64,000 nucleotides of DNA from an uncultured Gemmatimonadaceae bacterium. Its GTDB lineage: Bacteria; Gemmatimonadota; Gemmatimonadetes; Gemmatimonadales; Gemmatimonadaceae. The notes beneath the pieces are model-generated. The model made no database searches. It was given only the letters and a program-made list of their open reading frames with translations, and was not told where the DNA came from. Numbering within the stretch: the first letter of the stretch is position 1; each line of letters starts with the position of its first letter. The stretch lies in NCBI GenBank assembly GCA_963761305.1, contig CAVXGK010000002.1, positions 736,001-800,000 on the forward strand. The letters run 5' to 3'. This document shows, piece by piece, positions 8,752 through 19,013 of this stretch. Both the position numbers and the translations under genes were made by a program.

Positions 8752-11037
8752 CTACTGCGCGGCAAGCGCCGACTGCGCCATGATCCGGGGAATCGTTTCG
8801 TGATAGGCGGCGTCGAGCCGCGCGAGCGGCGCGACGATTCGCGCAGACGTGGTTGAAATCTGCACGGGTTCGCCGCTTCCTCCTACTGTTCCGATGACGC
8901 GCGCCGGAATTCCGTGTCGTGCCGCGATGGCGAGCACGACGTCGGGCGACGCGGTGCTGACGACCGCGCGAGCCTGCGCTTCACCGTACAGCAGCGCGCG
9001 ATCGGGCAGCGACGACCACGACGTCAGGTCGATCGTGGCGCCGACCTGGTTGGCGCGGTCCATGATGCAGCACTCGACGATGGCGACCGCCAGGCCGCCG
9101 TCGCTGCAGTCGTGGGCCGATCGAACCACGCCGCGTTGAATCGCCTCCAGCAACGCGTCGATCAACTCGCGTTCGTCGTCCACGTCGCACGGCGGAGGCG
9201 ATCCGGCGACGACGCCATGGACGCGCGCCAGATACTCGCTGCCGCCGATGTGGTCCGTGGGCGACCCGAGCAGGACGATCGCGTCGCCCGGCTGCCGAAA
9301 ATTCGCCCGCGTGATGTGGGCGAGCGATTCCACCAGGCCGACCATGCCGATGACCGGGGTCGGGAACACCGCGCCGCCCGGATTCTCGTTGTAGAGCGAG
9401 ACGTTGCCGCCCGTGACGGGCGTGCCGAGCGCGTTGCACGCTTCGGTCATACCGTGGACGGCTTCGCGAAGCTGGAAGTAGACCTCGGGGCGCCGCGGGT
9501 TGCCGAAGTTCAGGTTGTTGGTGATCGCCATGGGCCGCGCCCCGGTGCACGCGACGTTACGCGCCGCCTCGCACACGGCGATACGCGCGCCGACGCGCGG
9601 GTCGAGATAGGCGTATCGGCCGTTGCAATCGGTCTTGAGGGCGAGGGCGCGATCGGTGCCGCGCACCCGCACCACTGCCGCGTCGCCGCCGGGGCCGATC
9701 ACCGTGTTGGTCCGCACGGTCGTGTCGTATTGCCGGAACACCCATGTCTTCGACGCGATGTTGGGCGACGAGAGCATCTGGTCGAGGGTCCAGAGCGGAT
9801 CGCGCTCCTCGGGTCGCTCGGCGACGGCGTTCACGTCGCGCTCGCGCGCGTCGCGAATGGTCTCGCTCTCGCGCGCCTCGGGCGTGTAGGTCGGGCAGTC
9901 GGTGACGAGGCGCGTGCCCGGAAACTCGGCGACGACGCGGTCGCCTTCGGTCACGCGATACACCGGCTCCGCGATGACCTCGCCGATCACCGCCGCGGTG
10001 AGGTCCCACTTTTGGAGAATCGCCGCGACTTCGTCTTCGCGTCCCCGTTTGGCGACGACGAGCATTCGCTCCTGCGATTCGCTGAGCAGAATCTCGTACG
10101 GGGTCATGCCCGTCTCGCGCACGGGAACCTTCGTCGTGTCGATCGTGACGCCGACGTCGCCGCGCGCGGCCATCTCCGCCGATGACGACGTGAGGCCGGC
10201 CGCGCCCATGTCCTGAATGGCGACGATGGCGCCGCTGTGAATCAGTTCCAGGCTCGCCTCGAGCAGCAGCTTCTCGGTGAACGGATCGCCCACCTGCACG
10301 CGAGGACGCTTGGCGTCGCTCTGCGCCGACAGATCCTCCGACGCGAACGACGCGCCGTGAATCCCGTCTCGGCCGGTGCGCGCGCCGACGGCGATGATCG
10401 GATTGCCGATGCCCTGCGCCACCGCGCGAATCAGCTCGTCTTCGTGCATCAAGCCGACGCACATCGCATTGACCAGCGGATTGCCCTCGTAGGCTGGGTC
10501 GAACGATACCTCGCCGGCAACGGTGGGAATCCCGACGCAGTTCCCGTAGTCGCCGATGCCTTTCACGACGCCGGCGAACAGGTAGCGCACGCGCGCCGAG
10601 TCGAGCGAACCGAATCGGAGCGAGTTGAGCATCGCGATCGGGCGGGCGCCCATGGTGAACACGTCGCGCAGAATGCCGCCGACGCCCGTCGCCGCGCCCT
10701 GATACGGCTCCACCGCCGACGGGTGGTTGTGCGACTCGATCTTGAACGCGACGGCGAGGCCGTCGCCGATACTGATCACGCCGGCGTTTTCACCCGGACC
10801 CTGGAGCACGAACGGCGCGTGCGTGGGGAGCGTCTTGAGGAGCGGGCGCGAATGCTTGTAGGAGCAGTGTTCGCTCCACAGCGCGCTGACGATGCCCAGC
10901 TCCGTGAAGGTCGGCTCGCGCCCCAACATGTCGACGAGTCGGCGATACTCGTCCGGCGTGAGTCCATGTTCGGCGACCAGCGCCGGAGTGATGGCGGGAT
11001 CGCCGGGACGCGGCTCGACCTTCGCGCTCAGTTGCAT
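8752..11037 (-). CDS. purL: Phosphoribosylformylglycinamidine synthase subunit PurL
   Basis: [32 protein letters not shown]. Confidence 0.97.
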   Translation of the reverse strand: MQLSAKVEPRPGDPAITPALVAEHGLTPDEYRRLVDMLGREPTFTELGIVSALWSEHCSYKHSRPLLKTLPTHAPFVLQGPGENAGVISIGDGLAVAFKIESHNHPSAVEPYQGAATGVGGILRDVFTMGARPIAMLNSLRFGSLDSARVRYLFAGVVKGIGDYGNCVGIPTVAGEVSFDPAYEGNPLVNAMCVGLMHEDELIRAVAQGIGNPIIAVGARTGRDGIHGASFASEDLSAQSDAKRPRVQVGDPFTEKLLLEASLELIHSGAIVAIQDMGAAGLTSSSAEMAARGDVGVTIDTTKVPVRETGMTPYEILLSESQERMLVVAKRGREDEVAAILQKWDLTAAVIGEVIAEPVYRVTEGDRVVAEFPGTRLVTDCPTYTPEARESETIRDARERDVNAVAERPEERDPLWTLDQMLSSPNIASKTWVFRQYDTTVRTNTVIGPGGDAAVVRVRGTDRALALKTDCNGRYAYLDPRVGARIAVCEAARNVACTGARPMAITNNLNFGNPRRPEVYFQLREAVHGMTEACNALGTPVTGGNVSLYNENPGGAVFPTPVIGMVGLVESLAHITRANFRQPGDAIVLLGSPTDHIGGSEYLARVHGVVAGSPPPCDVDDERELIDALLEAIQRGVVRSAHDCSDGGLAVAIVECCIMDRANQVGATIDLTSWSSLPDRALLYGEAQARAVVSTASPDVVLAIAARHGIPARVIGTVGGSGEPVQISTTSARIVAPLARLDAAYHETIPRIMAQSALAAQ

Positions 11038-11044
11038 CGTCTAG

Positions 11045-11587
11045 TCAGCTCGCTGGTTTCTTGACGGGTTGCGACTTCTTGGCGGTCGTGTCCTTCGCGG
11101 CGGGTTTCTTCGGAGCGGCGGGTTTGGCGGGCGCCGTCTCGCCGCCCTCGACCTTCTCGACCTTCGCGTTTTTCGCGTCGGCCTTGGGCGCGTCGACCTT
11201 GGCCACCTTCGCGGCCTTGGTCTGCTTGTCGATCTTGTCGGCCTTGGCGACCTTCTCGCCCTGGTCCGACCCGACGCGCGCGTCGGCGATCGAGATCATG
11301 CGCGGCGAGCTGCTCGTGCCCGAATAGCGGCGGGCACTCGAGCGAAAAATCGCGTCGACCACCTTGTCGCTGTCGAGGACGACGAGGTCGCTCATGCCGC
11401 AGGAGCGTTCGCATCCATTTTTGTACAGCAGATACGTGTGGCCGTCGTAGGTCCGAGCGGACATCGGCTCGCCCAGCTTGGCGACGACCTGCGCGCGGGT
11501 CATGCCCGAGTCGATCGTGGCCGGGGTGGGATCCTGCGCCGCGGCCTGGGTCGCGGCGAGTGTGACGGCGAGAAGCAGCCCGATCAT
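11045..11587 (-). CDS. Secreted hypothetical protein with SmpA/BamE-like motif and Lys/Ala-rich tail
   Basis: Signal peptide MIGLLLAVTLAA; IDSGMTRAQVVAKLGEP; CERSC pair; low-complexity K/A/P tail. Confidence 0.6.
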   Translation of the reverse strand: MIGLLLAVTLAATQAAAQDPTPATIDSGMTRAQVVAKLGEPMSARTYDGHTYLLYKNGCERSCGMSDLVVLDSDKVVDAIFRSSARRYSGTSSSPRMISIADARVGSDQGEKVAKADKIDKQTKAAKVAKVDAPKADAKNAKVEKVEGGETAPAKPAAPKKPAAKDTTAKKSQPVKKPAS

Positions 11588-11597
11588 TGCAATTTCC

Positions 11598-12290
11598 TCA
11601 TGCAGTGACGCGGGCGAGCAGCGATTCGAACACGCCGAGTCCATCAGCGGAACCCAGCAGCGGATCGACGGCACGCTCGGGGTGCGGCATCATGCCGAGC
11701 ACGTTTCCCGCGTCGTTGACGATTCCGGCGATGGCGCGTGTGGCTCCGTTGGGGGACCACCATTCGTCGGCGTCTCCCGGACCGCCGACGTACCGAAACA
11801 CCACGCGCCCTTCGCCTTCCAGTCTATCGACCGTTTGCTGGTCCGCCGTGTAACGCCCATCTCCGTGCGCGATAGGGATTCGGAGCACTTGGCCGGCCTC
11901 GTATCGGTTGCTGAACCACGTATCGGTGGATTCGACACGAAGTGATACAAGTTCCGAGACAAACTTCAGACTCTCATTCCGTAGCAATGCGCCCGGCAGG
12001 AGCCCCGCCTCGCAGGCGATCTGGAAGCCGTTGCAGATGGCGATCACCGGCCCGCCCCGACTCGCGAACGAGACGACCTCGCGCATGATCGGGCTGAATC
12101 GCGCGATGGCGCCGGGACGCAGGTAGTCACCGTACGAGAATCCTCCGGGCAGGATCACGACGTCGCTGTGCTGAAGGTCGTGGTCCTTGTGCCAGAGAAA
12201 GACGGCGTCCTCGCCGATTCCATCGACCACCGCGCGATAGGCGTCGAAGTCGCAGTTGGAGCCGGGGAAGGTGACGACGCCGAACTTCAT
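11598..12290 (-). CDS. purQ: Phosphoribosylformylglycinamidine synthase subunit PurQ
   Basis: FPGSNCD, PGGFSYGDYLR, ICNGFQ, MMPHPER; start MKFGVV at 12290. Confidence 0.97.
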   Translation of the reverse strand: MKFGVVTFPGSNCDFDAYRAVVDGIGEDAVFLWHKDHDLQHSDVVILPGGFSYGDYLRPGAIARFSPIMREVVSFASRGGPVIAICNGFQIACEAGLLPGALLRNESLKFVSELVSLRVESTDTWFSNRYEAGQVLRIPIAHGDGRYTADQQTVDRLEGEGRVVFRYVGGPGDADEWWSPNGATRAIAGIVNDAGNVLGMMPHPERAVDPLLGSADGLGVFESLLARVTA

Positions 12291-12544
12291 GTCGCCTCCA
12301 CGGCGGCAATCTCGAAGTCCTCGGTCACCGGATTGGCGAGCAGCCGGTCGCACATCTCGCGCGTCGAGCGCTCGGCGTCCTGCGGGTTCGGCGCGTCGAG
12401 CTCGACGACCACGTGACGTCCGACGTGGACGTCGCGCACAGCGGCGAAGCCCAGCGTGTGCAAGGCATCGGCGACGGTGCGGCCCTGCGGGTCGAGGATT
12501 CCGCGGCGCGGCGTGATGTGGACGGCAACGCGATATCGACTCAT
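12287..12544 (-). CDS. purS: Phosphoribosylformylglycinamidine synthase subunit PurS
   Basis: ILDPQG, LLANPVTEDF. Confidence 0.95.
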   Translation of the reverse strand: MSRYRVAVHITPRRGILDPQGRTVADALHTLGFAAVRDVHVGRHVVVELDAPNPQDAERSTREMCDRLLANPVTEDFEIAAVEAT

Positions 12545-13677
12545 TCGGGCTTTCCAGTCGGCGAGTCAGGGGGTGGAGAAGAAGTTGGTGGAGCGGAAGG
12601 GGGTGGTCCGGAGGTCGATCCCGGCGAGGAAGGCGGTCGATTGCCGCGCTGGCCGCGCCGCCGCCGTCGCCGCCGCGAGAGTCGCGTCTCCTCGGCGCGG
12701 GCGCCGTCGCGCGAATCGCGGCGATCCTCGTCGCGGCCGTCGCCGCGAATCGGCCGGCCGGCGATCGTCTCGGTGACAACGCCTGCCGCCGCCACTCGAG
12801 GCGTCGTCCGCGCCGGCACACCGCGCCGCGAATCGCGCTCGAGCGGCTCGAGTGGTTCGAGCTCATCGCCGCCGTAGGCCTCTTCCGGCGACCCGGACCG
12901 GCCAAGCATGCCGAGGATCGTCGCACGCACGAAGCCGTAGGCCACGTAGAGAAGAAGCGCGGGGAAGATGAACTCCTCCTTCCGCACCACGAGCAACACG
13001 ATGGAGCCGGCCACGACGATCGAGCCGACCAGCTTGCGCGGCGTGCGCCATCCGATCGACGGCACGTTGGGATAGGGCACCTCGCTGATCATCAGCGCGG
13101 CGAGCACCGCCATCAGACCGCGCAGGATCACGTGCCACGGCAACTCGGAGAGCGTGCTGTTCGTGAAGAGAATGACGGCCTGATTGTAAAGCGGCGTCTG
13201 GCTGAACCAGTAGTACGTCGCCAGCGTGAGGCCCGCGGCGGGACTCGGCAGCCCGTGGAAGTAGGTCTTCTTGCGCCCGGCCTGCTCGATGTTGAAGCGC
13301 GCGAGTCGCATCACAGCGCAGGCCGTGAAGATGAACACGAACAGCCATTCCCACGTGCCGTGGCTCGGCAGCTCGAGGTACATCATGAGCGCCGGCGCGA
13401 AGCCGAACGTGATGGCGTCGACCAGCGAATCGAGCTCCTCGCCGAACTTGCTGCCGGTGCCGGTCGCGCGCGCGACGCGCCCGTCGAGGACGTCGGCGAT
13501 TCCGCCGAGCACGATGAACGCGGGCGCCGTGGCGAACTCGCCGCGAATGGCGAGGATGATCGCGTAGATGCCGCAGAACAGGTTGAACAGCGTGAGACCG
13601 TTCGGCATCAGCACGACGGCCCGCCGCACGACGCGGCGAGGTCGCCGGTCTCCGGATCCGCGACGCATGGCGATCAT
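12541..13677 (-). CDS. pssA: CDP-diacylglycerol--serine O-phosphatidyltransferase with long disordered C-tail
   Basis: PNGLTLFNL, DVLDGRVAR, GEELDSLVD, RLARFN, FHGLPSP. Confidence 0.9.
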   Translation of the reverse strand: MIAMRRGSGDRRPRRVVRRAVVLMPNGLTLFNLFCGIYAIILAIRGEFATAPAFIVLGGIADVLDGRVARATGTGSKFGEELDSLVDAITFGFAPALMMYLELPSHGTWEWLFVFIFTACAVMRLARFNIEQAGRKKTYFHGLPSPAAGLTLATYYWFSQTPLYNQAVILFTNSTLSELPWHVILRGLMAVLAALMISEVPYPNVPSIGWRTPRKLVGSIVVAGSIVLLVVRKEEFIFPALLLYVAYGFVRATILGMLGRSGSPEEAYGGDELEPLEPLERDSRRGVPARTTPRVAAAGVVTETIAGRPIRGDGRDEDRRDSRDGARAEETRLSRRRRRRRGQRGNRPPSSPGSTSGPPPSAPPTSSPPPDSPTGKPE

Positions 13678-14327
13678 TGGCCCTTCAGCTCGCCGAGGAC
13701 GGTGGTGCCGGCGAACGTCGCGTCGCCGACCTTGACGCGAAGCGACGCGCTCACCGGCACGAATACGTCGACGCGCGACCCGAAGCGGATGAGCCCCATG
13801 CGCGCGCCCTGCTGCACACGATCGCCGACCTTCGAGTCGGTGACGATGCGGCGCGCGATGAGACCGGCGATCTGCCGAACGAGCACGTGGTTCGAGCCCG
13901 CCTCGATGCCGATCGACGTCTGTTCGTTCTCGAGGCTCGACTGCTCCGCGGCCGCGTTCATGAAGCGGCCGGCCGTGTGGTCCACGAGACGGACGATGCC
14001 GTCCACCGGATACCGGTTCACGTGCACGTTGAACACGTTCATGAAGATCGACAGCCGGATCGAGCGCTCCTTCATGAAAGTCGGTTCGTCCACCTGCGTG
14101 ATCATCACGATCTTGCCGTCGGCCGGCGCGATGACGAGCCGTTCGCCGCGCTCGCCGGTGCGCTCGGGATCACGAAAAAAGTACGCGACCCAGAGGGCGA
14201 TGAGCGCCAGCGCGAACGCGAACAGCCAGAGCGGCCACGATCGGCGCATGAGCGCCACGGCGAACACGGCCGCCGCGACGAGGAACGCGATGACGATGAA
14301 GCTCAACCCCTCGCGGGCGAAATTCAC
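13674..14327 (-). CDS. psd: Phosphatidylserine decarboxylase (short type)
   Basis: [41 protein letters not shown]. Confidence 0.95.
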   Translation of the reverse strand: MNFAREGLSFIVIAFLVAAAVFAVALMRRSWPLWLFAFALALIALWVAYFFRDPERTGERGERLVIAPADGKIVMITQVDEPTFMKERSIRLSIFMNVFNVHVNRYPVDGIVRLVDHTAGRFMNAAAEQSSLENEQTSIGIEAGSNHVLVRQIAGLIARRIVTDSKVGDRVQQGARMGLIRFGSRVDVFVPVSASLRVKVGDATFAGTTVLGELKGQ

Positions 14328-15262
14328 GGTCGCGCCTCTCCGCCGACGGCCTCGTCGAGCGTCGATCCGGTGATGCGGCGGAACGCGTCGAGGTAGCGCG
14401 CGCTGGTCGCGTCGACGACCGCGGGTGGAAGCGATGGCGGCGGCGCGTCGCCGTTCCAGGCCCCCGCGCGGCGCTCCCCGTCGAGGTAGTCGCGCAGCGG
14501 CTGCTTGTCGAAGCTGGGCTGCGGCGTGCCCGGCGTGTACCGGTCGGCGGGCCAGAAGCGCGAGCTGTCGGGCGTGAGCACTTCGTCGATCAGCGTGATG
14601 ACGCCGGCGCGATCGCGGCCGAACTCGAACTTGGTGTCGGCGATGATGATTCCGCGTTTGGCGGCGATCTCGCGACCGCTGTCGTAGATCAGTCGGCTCA
14701 ACCGCTCGAGCTCGAGTGCCACGTCTTCGCCGACCGTCTCGGCCATACGCTCCGTCGTGATGTTCTCGTCGTGACCCGTCTCGGCTTTGGTCGCCGGACT
14801 GAAGATGGCCGGCTCGAGCTTGTCGCCCTCGCGAAGGTCGGCCGACAACGGCTCGCCGGCCAGCGTGCCGCTCGCGCGGTATTCCTTCCACGCCGAACCC
14901 GACAGGTACCCGCGCACGACGCACTCCACCGGAAAGACGTCGGTGCGGCGGCACAGCATCGCGCGGCCGACGAGCGACGTCCGGTGATCGGCGAGCGACG
15001 GCACCTCGGCGATGATCTCGTCGATGTTCGCCGAGAGCATGTGATGGCGGACGAGGCTCTCGAACTGGCGGAGCCACCACGCGGTGATCTGAGTGAGAAC
15101 AGCGCCTTTGTGCGGAATGGCCTCGGCCATCACCACGTCGAAGGCGCTGACGCGATCGGTGGCGACGAGCAGTAAGCGGTCGTCGTCGACGATGTAGACC
15201 TCGCGCACCTTGCCGCGTCGCAGGTGGCGCAGGGGAATGCCGGTGAGCTCGGCCACGGTCAT
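14324..15262 (-). CDS. purC: SAICAR synthase
   Basis: [43 protein letters not shown]. Confidence 0.97.
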   Translation of the reverse strand: MTVAELTGIPLRHLRRGKVREVYIVDDDRLLLVATDRVSAFDVVMAEAIPHKGAVLTQITAWWLRQFESLVRHHMLSANIDEIIAEVPSLADHRTSLVGRAMLCRRTDVFPVECVVRGYLSGSAWKEYRASGTLAGEPLSADLREGDKLEPAIFSPATKAETGHDENITTERMAETVGEDVALELERLSRLIYDSGREIAAKRGIIIADTKFEFGRDRAGVITLIDEVLTPDSSRFWPADRYTPGTPQPSFDKQPLRDYLDGERRAGAWNGDAPPPSLPPAVVDATSARYLDAFRRITGSTLDEAVGGEARP

Positions 15263-16695
15263 ACGCGCACGTCCTCGGCTTCGGTGTGTAGGACCTGCCT
15301 GCGGGCGAGCAACGGATCGACCACCTCGCGCAGGAATTCGTCGACTTGTTCGGCGGCGCGACCGACGAAGCGGTGCGGATCGAGCGCCGCCTCGAGATCG
15401 CCGATCGGTACGCCGAATTCGCGATCGCCAGCGAGCCGGTCGAGCAGATCGTTGCGTTCCGCGCCGTCCTTGACGGCGCGCGCCGCTTCGATGCTGTGGC
15501 GTCGAATGCATTCGTGCGCAACCTGGCGGTCGATGCCGGCATTCACCGCGCGCACGATCAACTCCTCGGTGGCCATGAACGGCAGCTCGTCGGCGAGCCG
15601 CCGCCGAATGCGGGCGGGATGTACCTCGAGGCCGCACGCGACGTTCTCCATCAACACGAGAATTGCGTCGGTGGCGAGGAAGCTCTCCGGAATCACCAGA
15701 CGGCGGTTCGCGCTGTCGTCGAGCGTGCGCTCGAAGAACTGCGTCCCGTGCGTGAGATTCGCGTTCGGCTCGAGCGAGATGACGAATCGCGAGAGCGACG
15801 CGATGCGCTCGCAGCGCATCGGGTTTCGCTTGTATGCCATCGCCGACGACCCGACCTGCTCTTTCTCGAAGGGCTCTTCGATCTCGCCGACCGACTGCAG
15901 CACCCGCACGTCGCCGCTGAACTTCATCGCGCTGGCGGCGATGCCGGCGACGGTGCCGAGAATTTGCGCGTCGAGCTTGCGCGTGTAGGTCTGCCCCGAA
16001 ACGGGGATGGAGTGCTCGAAGCCCATGGCGCGGGATACACGGCGGTCCAGCTCGCGCACCTTCGCATGGTCGCCGCCGAAAATCTCGAGAAAGCTCGCCT
16101 GCGTACCCGTCGTGCCTTTCACGCCCCGGCAGGGCAGGGTCGCGATGCGATGGTCGAGGTCGGCGACGTCGAGCACGAGATCCTGCATCCACGTCGCGGC
16201 CCGCTTGCCGACCGTCGTGGGCTGCGCCGCCTGCAGGTGCGTCGAGCCCAGCGTCGGTTCGGCGCGCCACTCCCGCGCGAACGCGGACAGGGCGCGCAGC
16301 ACGCGGATCGCCTTGGCGCGCAGGAGCTCCAGCCCGCGGCGCATCAGGATCAGGTCGGCGTTGTCGGTGACGAACGCGCTCGTCGCGCCAAAGTGGATGA
16401 ACCCGCGCGCCGCCGGCGCGACGTCGCCGAAGGCGTGGATGTGGGCCATCACGTCGTGACGAAATCGCTTTTCGTACGACGCGACCGCCTCGAAGTCGAT
16501 GTCGTCGAGGTGCGCGCGCATCTCGACGATCGCCGCGTCGGGGATCGAAACGCCCAGCGCCTGCTCCGCCTCGGCGAGCGCGAGCCAGAGGCGTCGCCAT
16601 TGGCCGTAGCGTTCGGCCGGCGACCACAAAGACAGCATCGCCTTCGACGCGTATCGCTCGGCGAGCGGCGACGAGTAGCGATCGTGATCGCTCAT
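15259..16695 (-). CDS. purB: Adenylosuccinate lyase
   Basis: [34 protein letters not shown]. Confidence 0.96.
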   Translation of the reverse strand: MSDHDRYSSPLAERYASKAMLSLWSPAERYGQWRRLWLALAEAEQALGVSIPDAAIVEMRAHLDDIDFEAVASYEKRFRHDVMAHIHAFGDVAPAARGFIHFGATSAFVTDNADLILMRRGLELLRAKAIRVLRALSAFAREWRAEPTLGSTHLQAAQPTTVGKRAATWMQDLVLDVADLDHRIATLPCRGVKGTTGTQASFLEIFGGDHAKVRELDRRVSRAMGFEHSIPVSGQTYTRKLDAQILGTVAGIAASAMKFSGDVRVLQSVGEIEEPFEKEQVGSSAMAYKRNPMRCERIASLSRFVISLEPNANLTHGTQFFERTLDDSANRRLVIPESFLATDAILVLMENVACGLEVHPARIRRRLADELPFMATEELIVRAVNAGIDRQVAHECIRRHSIEAARAVKDGAERNDLLDRLAGDREFGVPIGDLEAALDPHRFVGRAAEQVDEFLREVVDPLLARRQVLHTEAEDVRV

Positions 16696-18104
16696 CTGAG
16701 CGCGAACTCCGTCATTCCCAGTTGCCCCTGTCGCTCGAGTGTGACGCGCAGATAGGTGCGGTTGCCGTAGTAGTTGATGGCTTTCTGAACGTCCTCCGCC
16801 GAGTGAATCGGCGTGCTGTTGATTTGCAGAATCACGTCGCCTGTCTGGAGTCCGGTTTGGTCGGACACCGTCTGGCTCACGTTGAACACGAGCGCTCCGC
16901 GCACGCTCCGGAGCGCGTGCTCGGAGGCGATCGACGGCGTCACCGTCACCAGCTCGAGCTCGCGCAGGACCTGAACTTTGGGCGCGGAGACCTCGGGCAG
17001 ATCGGCGACGTTCACGTCGACGTCGAACTCGCGGGTGCCTCGTTTGACATGCAATTGAGCGGGCTGACCGACTCGCAAGTCGAGCAGCGCGGCCTGCCAG
17101 TCGAACGGGTTGTGGATGACGCGGCTGCCCTCGCGCAGGATGTCGTCGCCAGGCTGGAGATCGGCGCGGGCCGCGGGCGAGCCGGCGTCGACCGCCGCGA
17201 CGTAGGCGCCCTGCGTGAGCTGGTCGCGCGGGTTCGCCGAATTCGACTGGCGGAGCCGCACCCCGATCCACGGACTGCGAATCGAGCCGTGCGTGATCAG
17301 GTCATCCACCACGCGCGCGACGCGATTGATCGGAATCGCGAACCCGAGTCCCACCGAACCGCCGCTCGGCGAAAAGATGCTGCTGTTCACGCCGATGACT
17401 TCGCCGTCGGCGTCGACCAAGGGCCCGCCGGAGTTGCCGGGATTGATCGCCGCGTCGGTCTGGATCATGTCGAAGTACGACGCCTGACCCTCGCCCGGCG
17501 CGATGAGATTGCGCTGCGTCGCGCTGATCACGCCCACGCTCACGCTCGGTTCGCTGTTGCCGAGGTAGAACCCGAACGGGTTGCCGATGGCGATCGCCCA
17601 TTCGCCGATCACCAGGTTGTTCGAGTTCCCGAGCTTCGCGTCGGGAAGACTCTTGGCATCGATGCGCAGCACGGCGATGTCGTTCGCTTCGTCCGACCCG
17701 AGCACCTTGGCCGGAAACACGCTCCCGTCGCGCATCATCACCGAGACCTTCGTCGCGCCGGCGACCACGTGCGCGTTGGTGACGATGACTCCATCCGAGC
17801 GAACCACGAACCCGGTGCCGAGTCCCGCCGACGTGCGCGGCTGCGCGCGTCCGAAGAAGATGTCGAACGGATCCTGCGGCGCCTGATTGACCTGTTCGGT
17901 CTGCACCGTCACGACCGATGGCGAGATCTTGGCGATCGCGTTGGTGATGGCATTCTGCCGCGTCGCCGAGACCTGCGTCGACGCCGCGAGTCGTCCGGCC
18001 GCCGATGGCGCATTCGCCAATTGCTGCGCGTTCGACGAGTCGGGCGTTCGTGAGCATCCCACGACAGCTGACAGCAGCAGTAGTCGAATCAATCGAGACA
18101 TCAT
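16692..18104 (-). CDS. DegP/HtrA-family serine protease, two PDZ domains, lipoprotein signal
   Basis: VVGC lipobox, [18 protein letters not shown]. Confidence 0.93.
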   Translation of the reverse strand: MMSRLIRLLLLSAVVGCSRTPDSSNAQQLANAPSAAGRLAASTQVSATRQNAITNAIAKISPSVVTVQTEQVNQAPQDPFDIFFGRAQPRTSAGLGTGFVVRSDGVIVTNAHVVAGATKVSVMMRDGSVFPAKVLGSDEANDIAVLRIDAKSLPDAKLGNSNNLVIGEWAIAIGNPFGFYLGNSEPSVSVGVISATQRNLIAPGEGQASYFDMIQTDAAINPGNSGGPLVDADGEVIGVNSSIFSPSGGSVGLGFAIPINRVARVVDDLITHGSIRSPWIGVRLRQSNSANPRDQLTQGAYVAAVDAGSPAARADLQPGDDILREGSRVIHNPFDWQAALLDLRVGQPAQLHVKRGTREFDVDVNVADLPEVSAPKVQVLRELELVTVTPSIASEHALRSVRGALVFNVSQTVSDQTGLQTGDVILQINSTPIHSAEDVQKAINYYGNRTYLRVTLERQGQLGMTEFALR

Positions 18105-18889
18105 ACGACGGTCCTTGGCGGCTCCAGGTAGAGCTCCGGCGGATACACGACGTCATCGAGGAACAACGCGTGCGCCGCGGATGGCGGCGACGCGTCCTCG
18201 TTCGTCTCTGCGTTCAGCAGACGTGCCACGTCGTCAGCCGGGCGGCGCCCGGTGGCGACGTCGAGCATCGTCCCGACGAGAAATCTCACCATATGGTGTA
18301 GGAACCGGTTGGCTTCGATCTCGAACACCAGCCCGCCAACGCGATCCCGCCAGCGCGCGAGAATCACGCGGCAGCGATGATCGTCGTGAGCGGGTGCGGT
18401 GCCGCGCACGGCAAAGCCCCGAAAGCAGTGTTCGCCCTCGATGCGCGCGGCAGCGACATCCAAAGCGCCCCGATCGAGGGGCTGCCCGAACGCCAGCTCG
18501 TACCGCCCGCGAAACGGCGAGTGTGCTTCGTCATCCGTGCCGACGTAGTAGCTGTAGCGCCGGCTCACTGCACTGTAGCGCGCGTGAAATTCGCTTTGCA
18601 TCTCGGTCGCCGCGGCGACCCAAACATCCGGCGGCAGCACGGCGTTCAGGGCGCGCCGCAATTCCTGAACGCTCCACCGGTCCGGCACCCGCAATCCGAC
18701 CGCCTGTCCTCGCGCGTGCACTCCGGCATCGGTCCGACCCGAGCCCAGCGCGGCGATTGTCGCGCTCATGAGGCGCTCCAGTGCCGCCTCCAAAACGCCC
18801 TGGACGGTGCGCGTCTCCGGTTGGCGCTGCCATCCACTAAATCCGGCCCCGTCATAGTGCAACACGAGTCGCACGGTGCGTTCGGCCAT
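18101..18889 (-). CDS. truA: tRNA pseudouridine(38-40) synthase
   Basis: YDGAGFSGWQRQ, GRTDAGVHA, FHARYSA, FLHHMVR. Confidence 0.96.
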   Translation of the reverse strand: MAERTVRLVLHYDGAGFSGWQRQPETRTVQGVLEAALERLMSATIAALGSGRTDAGVHARGQAVGLRVPDRWSVQELRRALNAVLPPDVWVAAATEMQSEFHARYSAVSRRYSYYVGTDDEAHSPFRGRYELAFGQPLDRGALDVAAARIEGEHCFRGFAVRGTAPAHDDHRCRVILARWRDRVGGLVFEIEANRFLHHMVRFLVGTMLDVATGRRPADDVARLLNAETNEDASPPSAAHALFLDDVVYPPELYLEPPRTVV

Positions 18890-18896
18890 CGCCGGA

Positions 18897-18924
18897 AAGC
18901 TAGGGAAACCGGAGAGTGTGTCAA
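18897..18924 (-). promoter_or_regulatory. sigma70-type promoter of truA (apparently leaderless)
   Basis: TTGACA-16 nt-TAGCTT, then 7 nt to the ATG at 18889. Confidence 0.6.
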
Positions 18925-19013
18925 GCAACTCGCTCGTGCGTCATAGTGTGGAGGAGCCTCACGTTACACGCCGTTGACGTTGTCGCACGACCGATCCCTC
19001 ATCTGCCGCCGCG

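Noticed and set aside
13674..17271. Apparent long fusions for psd, purC and purB in the ORF track
   Set aside because: Extensions are stop-free alternate frames of upstream genes; true starts sit at 4-bp overlaps
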